Assembly: GCF_044704955.1 (NCBI RefSeq)
Contig: NC_091984.1
Coordinates: forward strand, 177,692,001 to 177,756,000
Origin: Pristiophorus japonicus
Lineage: Eukaryota
DNA: 64,000 nucleotides
Reading direction: 5' to 3'
The position numbers and the translations under genes are program-made. This document shows positions 37,030-50,994 of the stretch, piece by piece (positions within the stretch are counted from its first letter, which is position 1; the number at the start of each line of letters is the position of its first letter). Under the pieces are notes generated by a model. It was not told the DNA's origin. It made no database searches and saw only the letters and a list, made by a program, of their open reading frames with translations.

Positions 37030-40000
37030 CAATGGTGGAGCTTTGGAGGCGTGGCCTATTCAGTTGCAGCTGTGCTGCTGAGAGAGAAGGAACTCCCTGC
37101 TGAAGCTCCTCCTATTCAACATCGTTGGGAGTGTGTGCCTGGGTGGCTCCAGCTGTCCCAGGTGAAGACATCTTCTCCCCCCACCCGAAGACCATTCTAC
37201 AAAGACTGTTTTTTGCCATCTGGGGAGTACACCCCAAGAAACACCCACCCATCGCTGTGAGGGGAGACCTGCCCTTACAGCTTCCCTCTTTCCCACCCAC
37301 CTCTCCCTCTCTTTCTCTCTCTCTCTGTCTCTCCCCTCTCTCTCTCAGAGCCCTTTCCTCCTAATTGTAAAACAATTAAGACAACTGAGCAGAGGGAGGA
37401 AGGCCCCTCCCCATTCGTTAACTAGGGGAGAGGTGTGCCCCATTAAGAGCTCCCTCTGCTCAAAACACCAACGAGGCCAATTAAAGACAATTAAGGCCTG
37501 TGACTTTGGGGTGGGTGTAGCCCTTAAAGGGACCCTGTGATGACGACCCCATCCACGCCGGTGGCAGGGCCAGCTAGGACTTATGCGCAGGCGGTGTCTG
37601 CATCCACTGCTCCTCCTGCGCCACCTGCTGCCCTACCACCATTCAGACTAATTACTAAGAAAAACGGGGTCAAGAGCTACACTCACCCCACAATGAGCAT
37701 CGAGGAGTGCATGCGGGCGATGGCTGGGGTAGTCGGCCCCTCGGCCATTGTCGCAGCCTCCAAGATGTCTGGGAAGATTGTATTCTTCCTGGGGTCGGAG
37801 CGGGCTGTGTCCCTGGCGCTCGAAAAGGGGCTCACGGTGGGCGGGACGGTCCTGCCAGTGGACCCTCTCGAGGCCACCGCGCAGAGCATCATCATTTGAA
37901 ACGTCCCGCCCTTTGTTCCCGCTGAGCTCCTCCTCCCTCACCTACACCAACTGGGAGAGGTAAGGTCGGGGATCAACCCCATACCGCTCGGCCTCAGGGA
38001 GAACAGCCTGCGCCATGTGTTCTCCTTCCGCCGCCAGCTCTTTGTCCGGCTGGCGCGGGAGGAGACAACAGAGGGATCATTTAATGTGGTGCACGAGGGG
38101 ACTGCCTACGGCGTCTTCTCGACATTGGACGGCGTGCGGTGCCATGCCTGTAGGGAGATGGGGCACATTCGCAAGAACTGCCCCGCCTCCAAGGCCGCCA
38201 AACCACCGAAGGCGGCCAAGGCAGGCGCCGCCGCTACCCCTTCCCCTAGTAGCGTCCGCGTGCTGGGAGCCGTAGGTGCACGGGCATCATCGGCGGCCTT
38301 TGTTTTCACGGCTTCTGGCGGGGGGGAGGGAGAGCTTCCGATCAGAAGGAAGGCGAGGAGGAAGGCAAAACATCTCGAGGCGGGTCCCCTCAGTGCGACA
38401 GAAAGTTTGACCACCACGCTCAGCCCAACCCCGTCATTGGCGAGCGCGGGGTGCCCTGAGCCCGTGCCCGAGCCCTTGACCAATACCGCAGAGGGGCTCA
38501 GGCCTGGGCATGATAAGAAAAAGGGGGGAATGGAGCGGGAGGCTCGGCAGACATGGAGGTCTCCCTGCCTCCGCGCCCCCCCAGGAACAAAAGGAGGCGC
38601 CGCTCCAATGAGGCGGAGGGGGAACAACATCACTCCGCGGAGGAGTCGGTGCCCGCCGCGTGTCCCGTGTCCCCCACCAGCACCCCCAAGCTGCGCTGTA
38701 GGTGAGAGGAGTCTGTCCCCGGGGAGGGTGAGACAGTCGAGGCTGCCCAGCCTCTGCCTCCCGGGGATGGTGTGGAAGATCTGCCTGTTGTGGGGGGCGT
38801 GGAGCCAGCGGAGGAATGCGTAGCTGCCGGGTCGAGCGCCCTGGGGACTGAGGCGGGCGGGGCCGAAAAGGCCGAACCTGAGCCCGCCCAGCCAATATCC
38901 AACTTCCCCCGGGATTTGCTTGACTCGGCAGAAACTGAAAATGATAATTTTACAGAACATCTACATGCTGGGCCGGGGGGTGGCGGCGGGGAGGGGGAAG
39001 AACAACAACCCTCGCCCCCTATTTTGGAGCTGGGGTGCTTGGAGGACTTGGCACATTACTTTGGCCAGGTCTCTCCGTGTTCCCCGGTTCCTGGGGCGGA
39101 GGAGGAACCCCTACCGCTTTCGCTTCCTGACCCAGCACCACTTTTAAAAGAGCCCAGTGGGGACTCCTCTGCCGACGATCCTGGGTGTGGGATCGGGGCA
39201 GAGCCAGGGTCGGATGGAGCGGCCGGGCCGTTTGCCGTACCTCGTGCGGTCAACGGGCCGGCTGCTGGCGGAGACCTCCCGGAGGGGGACGGGAACTCGG
39301 TGGGGGACGAGGGAGAAGATCTCGAGTCCATCGCCAATGAGGCAGTGGAACTCCTCGTGCCCGCTGCTGAGTCCCCCCTCATTCCTGCAAAGGAACTCCG
39401 GGACTTTTTGGTCCAGAGCCAGGGTCGCCGCAACCGTGCCCATCTGGCCCTGGAAAGATGGTCCGAGCCAGCGCTGCTCGTCGCGTCCGTCCGCGCCGCC
39501 GCTAAAACCATGGCCGCAGGCGGGCCCTTATCAAAGGCGCAAGGCCTTGAGCTGTGCCAGCTCAAAAGGTTCCTCGCTGGGCTGCTGAAGGAGTGGAGGT
39601 CAACAAATGACTCCACTCCCCCCCACCACAATAGGTTAGGTAGAGGTTGCACTATGCTTTTGTCATGAAGATAACCATAGCCAGCCTCAACATCAACGGC
39701 GGCAGAGAGGCACACCATAGATTTAACAATTTTTTGCTCCTGTGGGAGGGGAAATATGCGCTGTGCTTCCTGCAAGAAACCCACACCGTTCCGGGAGACG
39801 AAGCCACGTGGCTCCTGGAATGGCAAGGAGAGGTCCGCATGAGCCACCTCACTACCACTTCTTGTTGGCCCTGCATTTTCAGCTGGAGATCTTGGGGGTT
39901 GAGGAGCCCATGCCAGGCCGCTTGCTGCACGTGACGGTTCGCCTGGGGGATGTGACGCTCCATCTCATGAGCGTGTACACCCCTCAGCCCGGCCCGCAGC

Positions 40001-43000
40001 AAACGCGCTTCTTCGAAGAAGTGTCCGCTCCTCTTGGCTCCGTCGACGTCGGACACTGCATTATCCTCGGGGGGGATTTTAACAGCACCCTCGAGGCGAG
40101 GGACCTCTCCGGTGCCCCGCAGAGCATGACAGCGATGGAGAAGTTGAGGGACCTGGTCGGGTCCTTCGACTTGGTGGACGTCTGGCGAAATCTCCATCCC
40201 GACTCCAGCGCCTTTACTAAGGTGAGGCCTGGAGTAGGATGGTCCAGAGTCGACCGCCTTTACGTGTCTCTTAGCATACGTTTCCGGCATCCCGGCGGCC
40301 TCCATGCGGCCGGTGCCGTGTTCGGACCACCACCTGGTGTGGGCGGAGCTCGCTTCGCTCCGCGCGAGGACGGGGACCGAGTACTGGCACTTTAACAACC
40401 AGCTGCTGGAGGACGTGCAGTTCCAGGACTCGTTCCGTCGTTTCTGGGCCGACTGGAGAAGGAAGCAGGGGGGCTTCCCATCTTTGAGGCTATGGTGGGA
40501 TGTGGGCAAGGCTCACGTCTGCGTCTTCTGTCAAGAGTACGCGAGGGAGTCGACCAAGAGGCGGGCGGCCAGGTTCGGGCACCTAGAAAAAGAGGTGCTC
40601 GACCTGGAGTCCCGTCTCGGTCAAGTCGTCGAGGACCCGGCCCTGCGGATGGTGTATGAAGCGAAGAAGGCCGCGCTGAAGGACCTGCAGCTCGTCGGGT
40701 CCCGAAACGCATTCGTGAGGTCGCGGATCCGGTTCCTGCGGGATCTGGACCGCGGCTCCCCCTTCTTCTACTCGCTGGAGAAAAAACAGAGTGTCCGTAA
40801 GCAGCTCTTGACGCTGCTGGCCGACGACGGCTCTCTCGTCTCGAATCCGGAGGGCGTCAACAACAGGGCCCGTGAATATTACGGGGCTCTGTTCTCTCTG
40901 GAGCCGTCTAGCAAGGAAGCGCGTAGAGCTCTGTGGGAGGGCCTGCCGAAGGTCGGCCCGGAGGGCGCCGAAAATCTGGAAGCTCCGTTAAGCCTGGCGG
41001 AGCTGACCGGCGCTCTCAACCAGCTCTTGAGGGGAAAAGCCCCGCGGCTGGACGGGCTGACCGTGGAATTCCACAGGGCGTTCTGGGACGTCCTGGGGGG
41101 CGACTACGCGCGGGTGCTGGGGGAAAGTCTGGTGACCGGGGAGATGCCCCTCTCTTGGCGCAGGGCAGTCATCGTCCTGCTGCCGAAGAAGGATGATCTC
41201 CGCCTCCTTAAGAACTGGCGCCCGGTCTCTCTCCTCAGCACGGACTACAAAATCTTCGCCAGGGCGATGTCTGCTCGCCTTGGTGCCGTGCTGGACCACA
41301 TGATCCACCCTGACCAGTCCTACACGGTCCCGGGCCGGACAATCCACGATAACATCCATCTGGTCCGGGACCTCATCCATCAGTCCCAGGAGGCTGGTCT
41401 GTCGGTCGCCTTCCTATCTCTCGACCAAGAGAAGGCGTTCGACAGGGTGGATCACGACTATCTGTTCGGAACTCTGCACGCTTTCAGGTTCGGGACGCAT
41501 TTCGTCACCCGGATCTGACTTTTGTACGCCGCCGCGGAGCGTCTGATAAAGGTTAACGGGTCCTTGATGGCGCCCCTTCGCTTTGGGAGAGGGGTGCGCC
41601 AGGGGTGCCCCATGTCCGGCCAGTTATATGCCATCTGCATGGAACCTTTCCTGCGCCTCCTGCGGACGAGGTTGACGGGACTGGCTCTGCAAGGGCCGGG
41701 TGTGGAGGTCGTTCTCTCGGCTTACGCCGAAGACGTGCTCCTCGCGGTGAGGATCCCACTGACCTGCGGAGGATGCGTGAGTGCCAGGAGATTTACTCGG
41801 CTGCATCCTCCACCAGGATCAACTGGGGGAAATGTTCTGGACTCCTGGTGGGTCAGTGGCGGGTGGACGCCCTGCCGGAGGAGCTCAGGCCTTTTACCTG
41901 GAGCACGACCCATCTCCTCTGTCTTGGAGTCTACCTTAGCCCCGAAGAGGAAGCCTGGCCGGCGAACTGGCAAGAGCTGGAGTCCAAAGTCGCCGCTCGC
42001 CTAGGGCGCTGGACAGGACTGCTCCGAGTGCTGTCCTACAGGGGTCGAGCGCGAGTCATAAACCAGCTGGTGGCCGCTATGTTGTGGTACCGGCTGGTCA
42101 CTTTGACCCCTCCCCCTGCGTTTGTCACCAAGATACAGAAGAAGCTGGTGGACTTCTTCTGGAACAACAGGAAGCACTGGGTCTCTGCCGCTGTCTTGAT
42201 TCTCCCGCTTGGGGAGGGCGGTCAGTCGTTGGTGTGCGTCAGCGCCCAGCTCGCGACTTTCCGTCTTCAGACCCTGCAGAGATAACTTTTCGTCGAGCCC
42301 CCTCCTAGGTGGCGTGCTCTGGCGACGTATTTCTTCCGCCAGCAGCACGGCTTAAACTACGACACGCAGCTCCTGTTTGTGAGCTTGAGGGGCGTCAGGA
42401 CCGCCTTCCAGGTGCTGCCTGTCTTTTACAAGGAACTCACCAGGGTCTGGAACAAAGTCTCCACCAAGCGCAGCTCTCCACCGGCTGGAGTGGCGGCTGT
42501 CCTGCAGGAGCCGCTGCTTGGGAATCCGTACCTCCACGACCGAGGTTTTAGGTGGCGGTCGGACGAGAGGGCTGTGGCTGGTAAGGTGACCAGCCTCAGG
42601 GACCTGCTCGATGGCGGAGGTGCGGGCTGGATGGCGCCAGACACGCTGGCGCGGCGCCTAAATTCTGCCAACGTCCACCGCGCGGCCGATGCCATCGAGT
42701 CGCTAAAAACAGCTCTGGGCCCTGACTCTGCTTGGTGCATCGAGGAGGCTCAAGCACGTCGGGAGATCCCGTCCAAACTGGCCCCCGTCCGGAGGGAATT
42801 CCTCATCGGTGCCAAACCCCGGAACCTCCCTCGGGAGCCGGCGCCTCACAACTTGAACCGCCTCGAGGAAATCCCTTCTGTGTCTTTCAGTTCCGCGCGG
42901 AGGGGTTTCCTGTACAGGCTGCTCCTGCACACTCTCAACTTTGCCATCCTCGCCTGCCGTCCGGACACGCCATGGCGTACCATCTTGCCATCTGGAGGAG

Positions 43001-43786
43001 GCGCGGGTCCCCGATGGAGGGCACTCTACGCGGGAGTCCTCCCAGTATTTATCGGGGACTTGGCCTGGAGGGTGGTGCACGGAGCAGTCCCGTGCAATAA
43101 ATTTTTAAGCTGGTTCACGGGCTCCCAGGCCGCCTGCAATATCTGCAGTCTGGAAGAGTCCGTGTTCCATGTTTTTATGGAATGCGCGAGGTTGCAGCCC
43201 CTATTTTATTATTTAAAGGGGCTGCTCCTGAAATTCTGGCTGCACTTCAGTCCCACACTCCTGATCTTTGGGCACCCTGTGCGGAGAGGAGTGGGTAGGT
43301 CCGAGGGCCTCATCGTAGGACTGCTCCTGGGTACGGCCAAGGGTGCCATCAGCCGATCCAGGCAGCGGGCGGTCGAGGGGGTCGTTCAACCTGGCTGCCT
43401 GCCTCTATTCCGTGTGTACATCCGCGCCAGGGTGTCCTTGGAAATGGAGCACGCGGTGTCCACCGGTATGCTCGCGGCCTTCCGCGAGAGGTGGGCACCG
43501 GAGGGACTGGAGTGCATCGTCACGCCCGTCAACCAAATTTTAATTTGATTTTATGTTTTAAAGTTTAATTTGTTTTAATTGCCGGTGTTTTTAGTGTCCC
43601 CCTCCCCTTTTATAGGGGGCACTTGTAGAAAAAAAAAATGATTTTAGTGCCCCAAAAAAAAAAATGTAAAAAAAAATTTAAGCAGAACAAAAAAATATAC
43701 ACCAAAAAAAGGGCCTTGGAAATGTTTGGTGCGCCCCCCAGATCGGGGGGACACGATTTAATGTTTTCTTTTCTTCCAAAAAGAGT
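37030..43786 (+). mobile_element. Tx1-clade retrotransposon, copy 2 (5' UTR deletion, defective); ORF1 about 37540-39635, ORF2 39665-43548
   Basis: Colinear with copy 1; APE SDH intact, RT YAED; followed by TCTGTAGAC at 43787. Confidence 0.93.
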
Positions 43787-43795
43787 TCTGTAGAC

Positions 43796-46700
43796 CAATG
43801 ATGGAGCTTTGGATGCGTGGCCTATTCAGTTGGAGCTGTGCTGCTGTGAGAGAAGGAACTCCCTGCTGAAGCTCATGTCTGAGAGGCCTTGAGTGAACCC
43901 TGAGACCAGCCCAGGAAGAGGAGGAGGGGGCTGGCTTACTACAACTCAACATCCAGAGGGAGAGGAGGAGAGCTGAAAAATTCAACAACTTTATTTACTT
44001 CTACAAAGAGTTGGAGAGAGGGGGAGAAGAGCAACAACCTGTGTGGAAGGAGGGAGATTCTACAACATTCTACAGGTGGGTGTTGGTGCATTCCCCGAAA
44101 GACATTGTTTTATTGGTGGGGGGAGAAAAGAAGATTTTCTTTGAGGCCTGGAACATCGCGGGGTGTGTGTGTGTGTGTGGAAGTGTGTGTGGGGGTCTTG
44201 CTTACAGCTAGGCCCCACACACCACTGAAGCACCCCTCCCCTATTGCCTAGCCTGGGATAGCTGGAGCTACCTGGCTGCAGATTTACTAATCACCCTATT
44301 AAACATCGTTGGGAGTGTGTGCCTGAGTGGCTCCAGCTGTCCCAGGTGAAGACATCTTCTCCTCCCACCCGAAGACCATCCCATAAGACTGTGCCTTGCT
44401 TTGTTTTCCATCATCTAGGGAGTGCGCCCCAGAAAAACACCCACCCATCGCTGTGAGGGGAGACCTGCCCTCACAGTTTCCCTCTTTCCCACCCACCGCT
44501 CTCTCTCTCTGTCACTCTCTCTGTCTCTCCCCTCTCTCTCTGAGAGCTCCTTTCCTCCTTAATTGGAAAAACAATTAAGACAACTGAGCAGAGGGAGCCA
44601 TGCCCCTCCCCAATTGTCAACTAGGGGAGAGGTGTGCCTCATTGAGAGCTCCTCTGCTCATAAATTGAAACGAGGCCAATTTAAGAACATTAAGGCCTGT
44701 GACTCTGGGGTGGGTGTAGCCCTTAAAGGGACCCCGTGATGGCGACCCCATCCACGCTGGTGGCAGGGCCAGCTAAGACTTATGCGCAGGCGGTGTCTGC
44801 ATCCACGGCGCCTCCTGCACCACCTGCTGCCCTGCCACCATTCAGACTAATTACTGAGAAAAACGGGGTCAAGAGCTACACTCACCCCACAATAAGCATC
44901 GAGGAGTGCGTGCGGGCGATGGCTGGGGTAGTCGGCCCCTCGGCCATTATCACAGCCTCCAAGATGTCTGGGAAGGCTGTATTCTTCCTGGTGTCGGAGC
45001 GGGCGGTGTCCCTGGCCCTTGAAAAGGGGCTCCCGGTGGGCGGGACGTTCCTGGCGGTGGACCCTCTCGTAGCCGCCGCGCAGTCAGTCGTCCTTTCTAA
45101 TGTCCCTCCCTTTGTTCCCGTTGAGCTCCTCCTCCCTCACCTGCACCAACTGGGGGAGGTAATGTCGGGGATCAACCCCATACCGCTCGGCCTCAGGGAG
45201 AACAGCCTGCGCCATGTGTTCTCCTTCTGCCGCCAGCTCTTTGTCCGGCTGGCGCGGGAGGAGACAACAGAGGAATCATTTAATGTGGTGCACGAGGGGA
45301 CTGCCTACCGCGTCTTCTGGACGTCGGACGGCATGCGGTGCCGTGCCTGTAGGGAGGTGGGGCACGTTCGCAAGAACTGCCCCGCCTCCAAGGCCGCCAA
45401 ACCACCGAAGGTGGCCAAGGCTGGCGTCGCCGCAACCCCTCCCCCTAGTTGCGTCTGCGTGCCGGGAGCCGGGCATCGTCGGGGGCCTTTGTTTTCGCGG
45501 CCTCTGGTGGGGGGGAGGGAGAGCGTCCGATCGGAAAGAAGGCGTGGAGGAAGGCAAAATATCTCGAGGCGGGTCCCCTCAGTGCGCCAGAAAGTTTGAC
45601 CACCGCGCTCAGCCCAACCCCGTCATCAGTGAACGCGGGGTGCCCTGAGCCCGTGCCCAAGCCCTTAACCAATACCGCAGAGGGGCTCGGGCGCAGGCAA
45701 GATAAGAAAAAGGGGGGGCGGAGCGGGAGGCCTTGGCAGACATGGAGGTCTCCCTGCCTCCGCGCACCCCCAGGAACAAAAGGAGGCGCCGCTCCAATGA
45801 GGCGGAGGGGGAACAACATCCCTCCACGGAGGAGTCGTTGCCCGCCGCGTGTCCCACGCCCCTCACCAGTGGCCCCAAACTGCGCCGTAGGCAGGAGGAG
45901 TCTGTCCCCGGGGAGGGTGAGACAGTCGAGGCTGCCCAGCCTCTGCCTCCCGGGGATGGCGTGGAGGATCTGCCTGTCGTGGGGGGCGTGGGGCCAGCGG
46001 AGGAATACGATGCCGCCGGGTCGAGCGTCCAGGGGACTGAGGCGGGCGGGGCCGAAAAGGCCGAACCTGAGCCCGCCCAGCCAATATCCAACTGCCCCCA
46101 GGACTTGCTCGAATCGGCAGAAATATACAGTATTAACAATTTTAATCAATCTGTACACGCTGGGCCGGGGGGTGGCGGCGGGGAGGGAGAAGAACACCAA
46201 CCCTCGCCCCCTACTTTGGAGCTGGGGTACTTGGAGGACCTGGAGAATTTCCGAAACCAGGTCTCTCCGAGTTCCCCAGTTCCTGGGGCGGAGGAGGAAC
46301 CCCTTCCGCTGTCGCTTCCTGACCCAGCACCGCTTTTAAAAGAGCCCAGTGGGGACTCCTCTGCCGACGATCCTGGGGTTGGGATCAGGGCAGAGCTAGG
46401 GCCGGAGGGAGCGGCCAGGCCGTTTGCCGTACCTCATGCGGTCGACGGGCCGGCTGCTGGCGGCGACCTCCCGGAGGGGGATGGGGACTCGGTGGGGGAC
46501 GAGGGAGAAGATCTCGAGTCCATCACCAGTGAGGCGGTGGATCTCCTCATTCCCGCCGCTGAGTCCCCCCGCATTCCCGTAGAGGAACTCCGGGACTTTT
46601 TGGTCCAGAGCCAGGGTCGTCGCAACTGAGCCCATCTGGCCCTGGAAAGATGGTCCGAGCCGGGGCTGCTTGTCGCGTCCGTCCGCGCCGCCGCTAAAAC

Positions 46701-49700
46701 CATGGCCGCGGGCGGGCCCTTATCAAAGGCGCAAGGCCTTGAGCTGCGCCGGCTCAAAAGGTTCCTCGCTGGGCTGCTGAAGGAGTGGAGGTCAACAAAC
46801 GACTCCACTCCCCCCCCACAATAGGTTAGGTAGAGGTTGCACTATGCTTTTGTCATGAAGATAACTATAGCCAGCCTCAACATCAACGGCGGCAGAGAGG
46901 CACACCGTAGATTTAACAATTTTTCGCTCCTGCGGGAGGGGAAATATGCGGTGTGCTTCCTGCAAGAAACCCACACCGTTCCGGGAGACGAAGCCACGTG
47001 GCTGCTGGAATGGCAAGGAGAGGTCCGCATGAGCCACAGTACCACTTCTTGTGGGGTGGCCATCTTGTTGGCCCCACATTTTCAGCCGGACATCTTGGGG
47101 GTCGAGGAGCCCGTGCCAGGCCGCTTGCTGCACATCACAGTTCGCCTGGGGGACGTGCCGCTCCATCTCGTGAACGTGTACGCCCCTCAGCCTGGCCCGC
47201 AGCAAACGCGCTTCTTCGAACAAGTGTCCGCTCTTCTTGGCTCCGTCGACGTCGGCGACTGCATTGTCAACGGGGGGGGATTTTAACTGCACCCTCGAGG
47301 CGAGGGACCGCTCCGGTGCCCCGCAGAGAATGACGGCGATGGAGAAGTTGAGGGACCTGGTCGGGTCCTTCGACTTGGTGGACGTCTGGCGGAATCTCCA
47401 TCCCGACTCCAGCGCCTTTACTTGGGTGAGGCCTGGAGTAGGATGGTCCAGAGTCGACCGCCTTTACGTGTCTCGGGCGTATGTTTCCTGCGTCCCGGCG
47501 GCCTCCATGCGGCCAGTGCCGTGTTCAAGCCACCACCTGGTGTGGGCGGAGCTCGCTTCGCTCCGCGCGAGGACGGGATCCGCGTACTGGCATTTTAACA
47601 ACCAGCTGCTGGAGGACGTGTGGTTCCAGGACTCGTTCCATCGTTTCTGGGCCGACTGGAGAAGGAAGCAGGGGGGCTTCCCCTCCTTGAGGCTATGGTG
47701 GGACGTGTGCAAGGCTCACGTCAGCGTCTTCTGTCAAGAGTACGTAAGGGGGTCGACCAAGAGACGGGCGCCTAGAAAAAGAGGTGCTCGACCTGGAGTC
47801 CCGTCTCAGTCAAGTCGTCGAGGACGCGGCCCTGCAGATGGTGTACGAAGCGAAGAAGGCCGCGCTGAAGGACCTGCAGCTCGTCGGATCCCGAGGCGTG
47901 TTCTTGAGGTCACTGATCCGGTTCCTGCGGGATCTGAACTGCGGCTCCCCCTTCTTCTACTCGCTGTAAAAAAGACAGAGTGTCCGTAAGCAGCTCTTGA
48001 CACTGCTGGCCGACGACGGCTCTCTCGTCTCGGATCCGGAGGGCGTCAACAACAGGGCCCGTGAATATTACGGGGCTCTTTTCTCTCCCGAGCCGTCCAG
48101 TGAGGAAGTGCATAGAGTTTTGTGGGAGGACTTGCCGAAGGTTGGCCCGGAGGGTGCCGAAAATCTGGAAGCTCCGCTAAGCCTGGTGGAGCTGCCCGGC
48201 GCCCTCGACCGGCTCTCGAGGGGAAAAGCCCCAGTGCTGGACGGGCTGACCGTGGAGTTCCATAGGGCGTTCTGGGACGTCCTGGGGGGCGACTACACGC
48301 GCGTCCTGGGGGAAAGTCTGGCGACCGGGGAGATGCCACTCTCTTGGCGCAGGGCAGTCATCGTTCTGCTGCATAAGAAGGGCGATCTCCGACTCCTTAA
48401 GAACTGGCGCCCGGTATCCCTCCTCAGCATGGACTACAAAATCTTTGCCAGGGTGATGTCTGCTCGCCTTGGCGCCGTGCTGGATCACATGATCCACCCT
48501 GACCAGTCCTACATGGTCCCGGGCCGGACTATCCACGATAACATCCATCTGGTCCAGTACGTCATCCATCATTCCCAGGAGGCTGGTCTGTCGGTCGCCT
48601 TCCTATCTCTCGACCAAGAGAAGGCGTTCAACAGGGTGGATCATGACTATCTGTTCGGAACTCTGCGCGCTTTTGGGTTCGGGACACATTTCGTCGCCCG
48701 GTTCCGACTTTTGTACGCCACCGCGGAGTGTCTGATAAAGGTTAACGGGTCCTTGACGGCGCCCCTTTGCTTTGGGAGAGGGGTGCGCCAGGGATGCCCC
48801 ATGTCCGGCCAGTTATATGCCATCTGCGTGGAGCCTTTCCTGCGCCTCCTGCGGATGAGGTTGACGGGACTGGCTCTGCAAGGGCCGGGTGTGGAGGTCG
48901 TCCTCTCGGCTTACGCCGATGACGTGCTCCTCGCGGTAGAGGATCCCGCTGACCTGCGGAGGATGCGTGAGTGCCAGGAGATTTACTCAGCCGCATCATC
49001 TGCCAGGATCAACTGGGAGAAATGTTCCGGACTCCTGGTGGGTCAGTGGCTGGTGGACTCCCTGCCGGAGGAGCTCAGTCCTTTTGCCTGGAGCACGACC
49101 CATCTCCTCTATCTGGGAGTCTACCTTAGCCCTGACGAGGAAGCCTGGCCGGCGAACTGGCAGAGCTGGAGGCCAAGGTCGCCGCTCGCCTAGGGCGCTG
49201 GACAGGACTGCTCCGAGTGCTGTCCCACAGGGGTCGAGCGCCAGTCAGAAACCAGCTGGTGGCCGCCATGTTGTGGTACCGGCTGGTCACTTTGACCCCT
49301 CCCCCTGCGTTTGTCACCAAGATACAGAAGAAGCTGGTGGACTTCTTCTGGAACAACAGGAAGCACTGGGTCTCTGCCGCGGTCTTGAGTCTCCCACTTG
49401 GGGAGGGCGGTCAGTTGTTGGTGTGCGTCAGCATCCAGCTCGCGGATTTCCGTCTTCAGACCCTGCAGAGATACCTTTACGTCGAGCCCCCTCCTAGGTG
49501 GCGTGCTCTGGCGACGTATTTCTTCCGCCAGCAGCACGGCCTCAACTACAACACGCAGCTCCTGTTTGTGAGCTTGGGGGGCGTCAGGACCGCCTTCCAG
49601 GAGCTGCCTGTCTTTTACAAGGAACTCACCAGGGTCTGGAACAAAGTCTCCACCAAGCATAGCTCTCCACCGGCTGGAGTGGCGGCTGTCCTGCAGGAGC

Positions 49701-50985
49701 CGCTGCTCAGGAATCCGCACCTCCATGACCGAGGTTTTAGGTGGCAGTCAGACGATAGGGCTGTGGCTGGTGAGGTGACCAGGGTCAGGGACCTGCTCGA
49801 TGGCGGAGGAGCGGGCTGCATGGCGCCAGACACGCTGGCGCGGCACCTAAATTCCGACAATGTCCGCCGCGCGGCTGATGCCATTGAGTCGCTAAAAACA
49901 GCTCTGGGCCCTGACTCCATTAGGTGCATCGAGGAGGCTCAAGCACGTGGGGAGATCCTGTCCGAACTGACCCCCGTCCGGACGGAATTCCTCATCGGCG
50001 CCAAACCCAGGAACCTCCCTTGGGAGCCGGCGCCTCACAACTTGAGCCGCCTCGAAGAAATCACCTCCGTGCCTTTCAGATCCGCGCGGAGGGGTTTCCT
50101 GTACGGGCTGCTCCTGCACACTCTCAACTTTGCCATCCTCGCCTGCCGTCCAGACATGCCATGGCATACCATCTTGCCGTCCGGAGGAGGCATAGGTCCC
50201 CGATGTAGTGCACTCTACGCAGGAGTCCTCCCAGTATTTATCGGAGACTTGGCTTGGAGGGTGGTGCACGGAGCAGTCCCGTGCAATAAATTTTTAAGCC
50301 GGTGCATGGGCTCCCAGGCCGCCTACAATTTCTGCGGTCTGGAAGAGTCCGTGTTCCATGTTTTTACCAAATGCACCAGGTTGCAGCCCCTGTTTTATTA
50401 TTTAAAGGGGCTGCTCCTGAAATTCTGGCTGCACTTCAATCCCACACTCCTGATCTTTGGCCACCCTGTGCGGAGGGGAGCGGGTAGGTCCGAGGGCCTC
50501 CTCGTAGGACTGCTCCTGAGCACGGCCAAGGGGGCCATCAGCCAGTCCAGGCAGCGAGCGGTCGAGGGTGTCATTCAACCTGACTGCCTGCCTCTCTTCC
50601 GCGCATACATCCGTGCCAGGGTGTCCTTGGAGATGGAGCACGCGGTGTCCACCGGTGCACTCGCGGCCTTCCGTGAGAGATGGGCACCGGAGGGACTGGA
50701 GTGCATCATCACGCTCGGCAACCAAATTTTAATTTGATTTTATGTTTTAAAGTTTAATTTGTTTTAATTACCGATGTTTTTAGTGTCCCCCTCCCCTTTT
50801 GTAGGGGCCACTTGGAGAAAAAAAAATATATATATGATTTTAGTGCCCAAAAAAAAACTTGAAAAAAAAAACAAAAACACAAAACCCCCCCGAAAAAACA
50901 CAAAAAAAGGGCCTTGTAAATGTTTGGTGCGTACCCCAGATCGGGCGGCCACGATTTAATGTTTTTCATTTCCTCCCAAAAGAGT
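43796..50985 (+). mobile_element. Tx1-clade retrotransposon, copy 3 (near full length, defective); ORF1 44739-46824, ORF2 46855-50737
   Basis: Colinear with copies 1-2; RT YADD intact (ORF 47997-49193), frameshifts and stops elsewhere; followed by TCTGTGGAC at 50986. Confidence 0.93.
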
Positions 50986-50994
50986 TCTGTGGAC

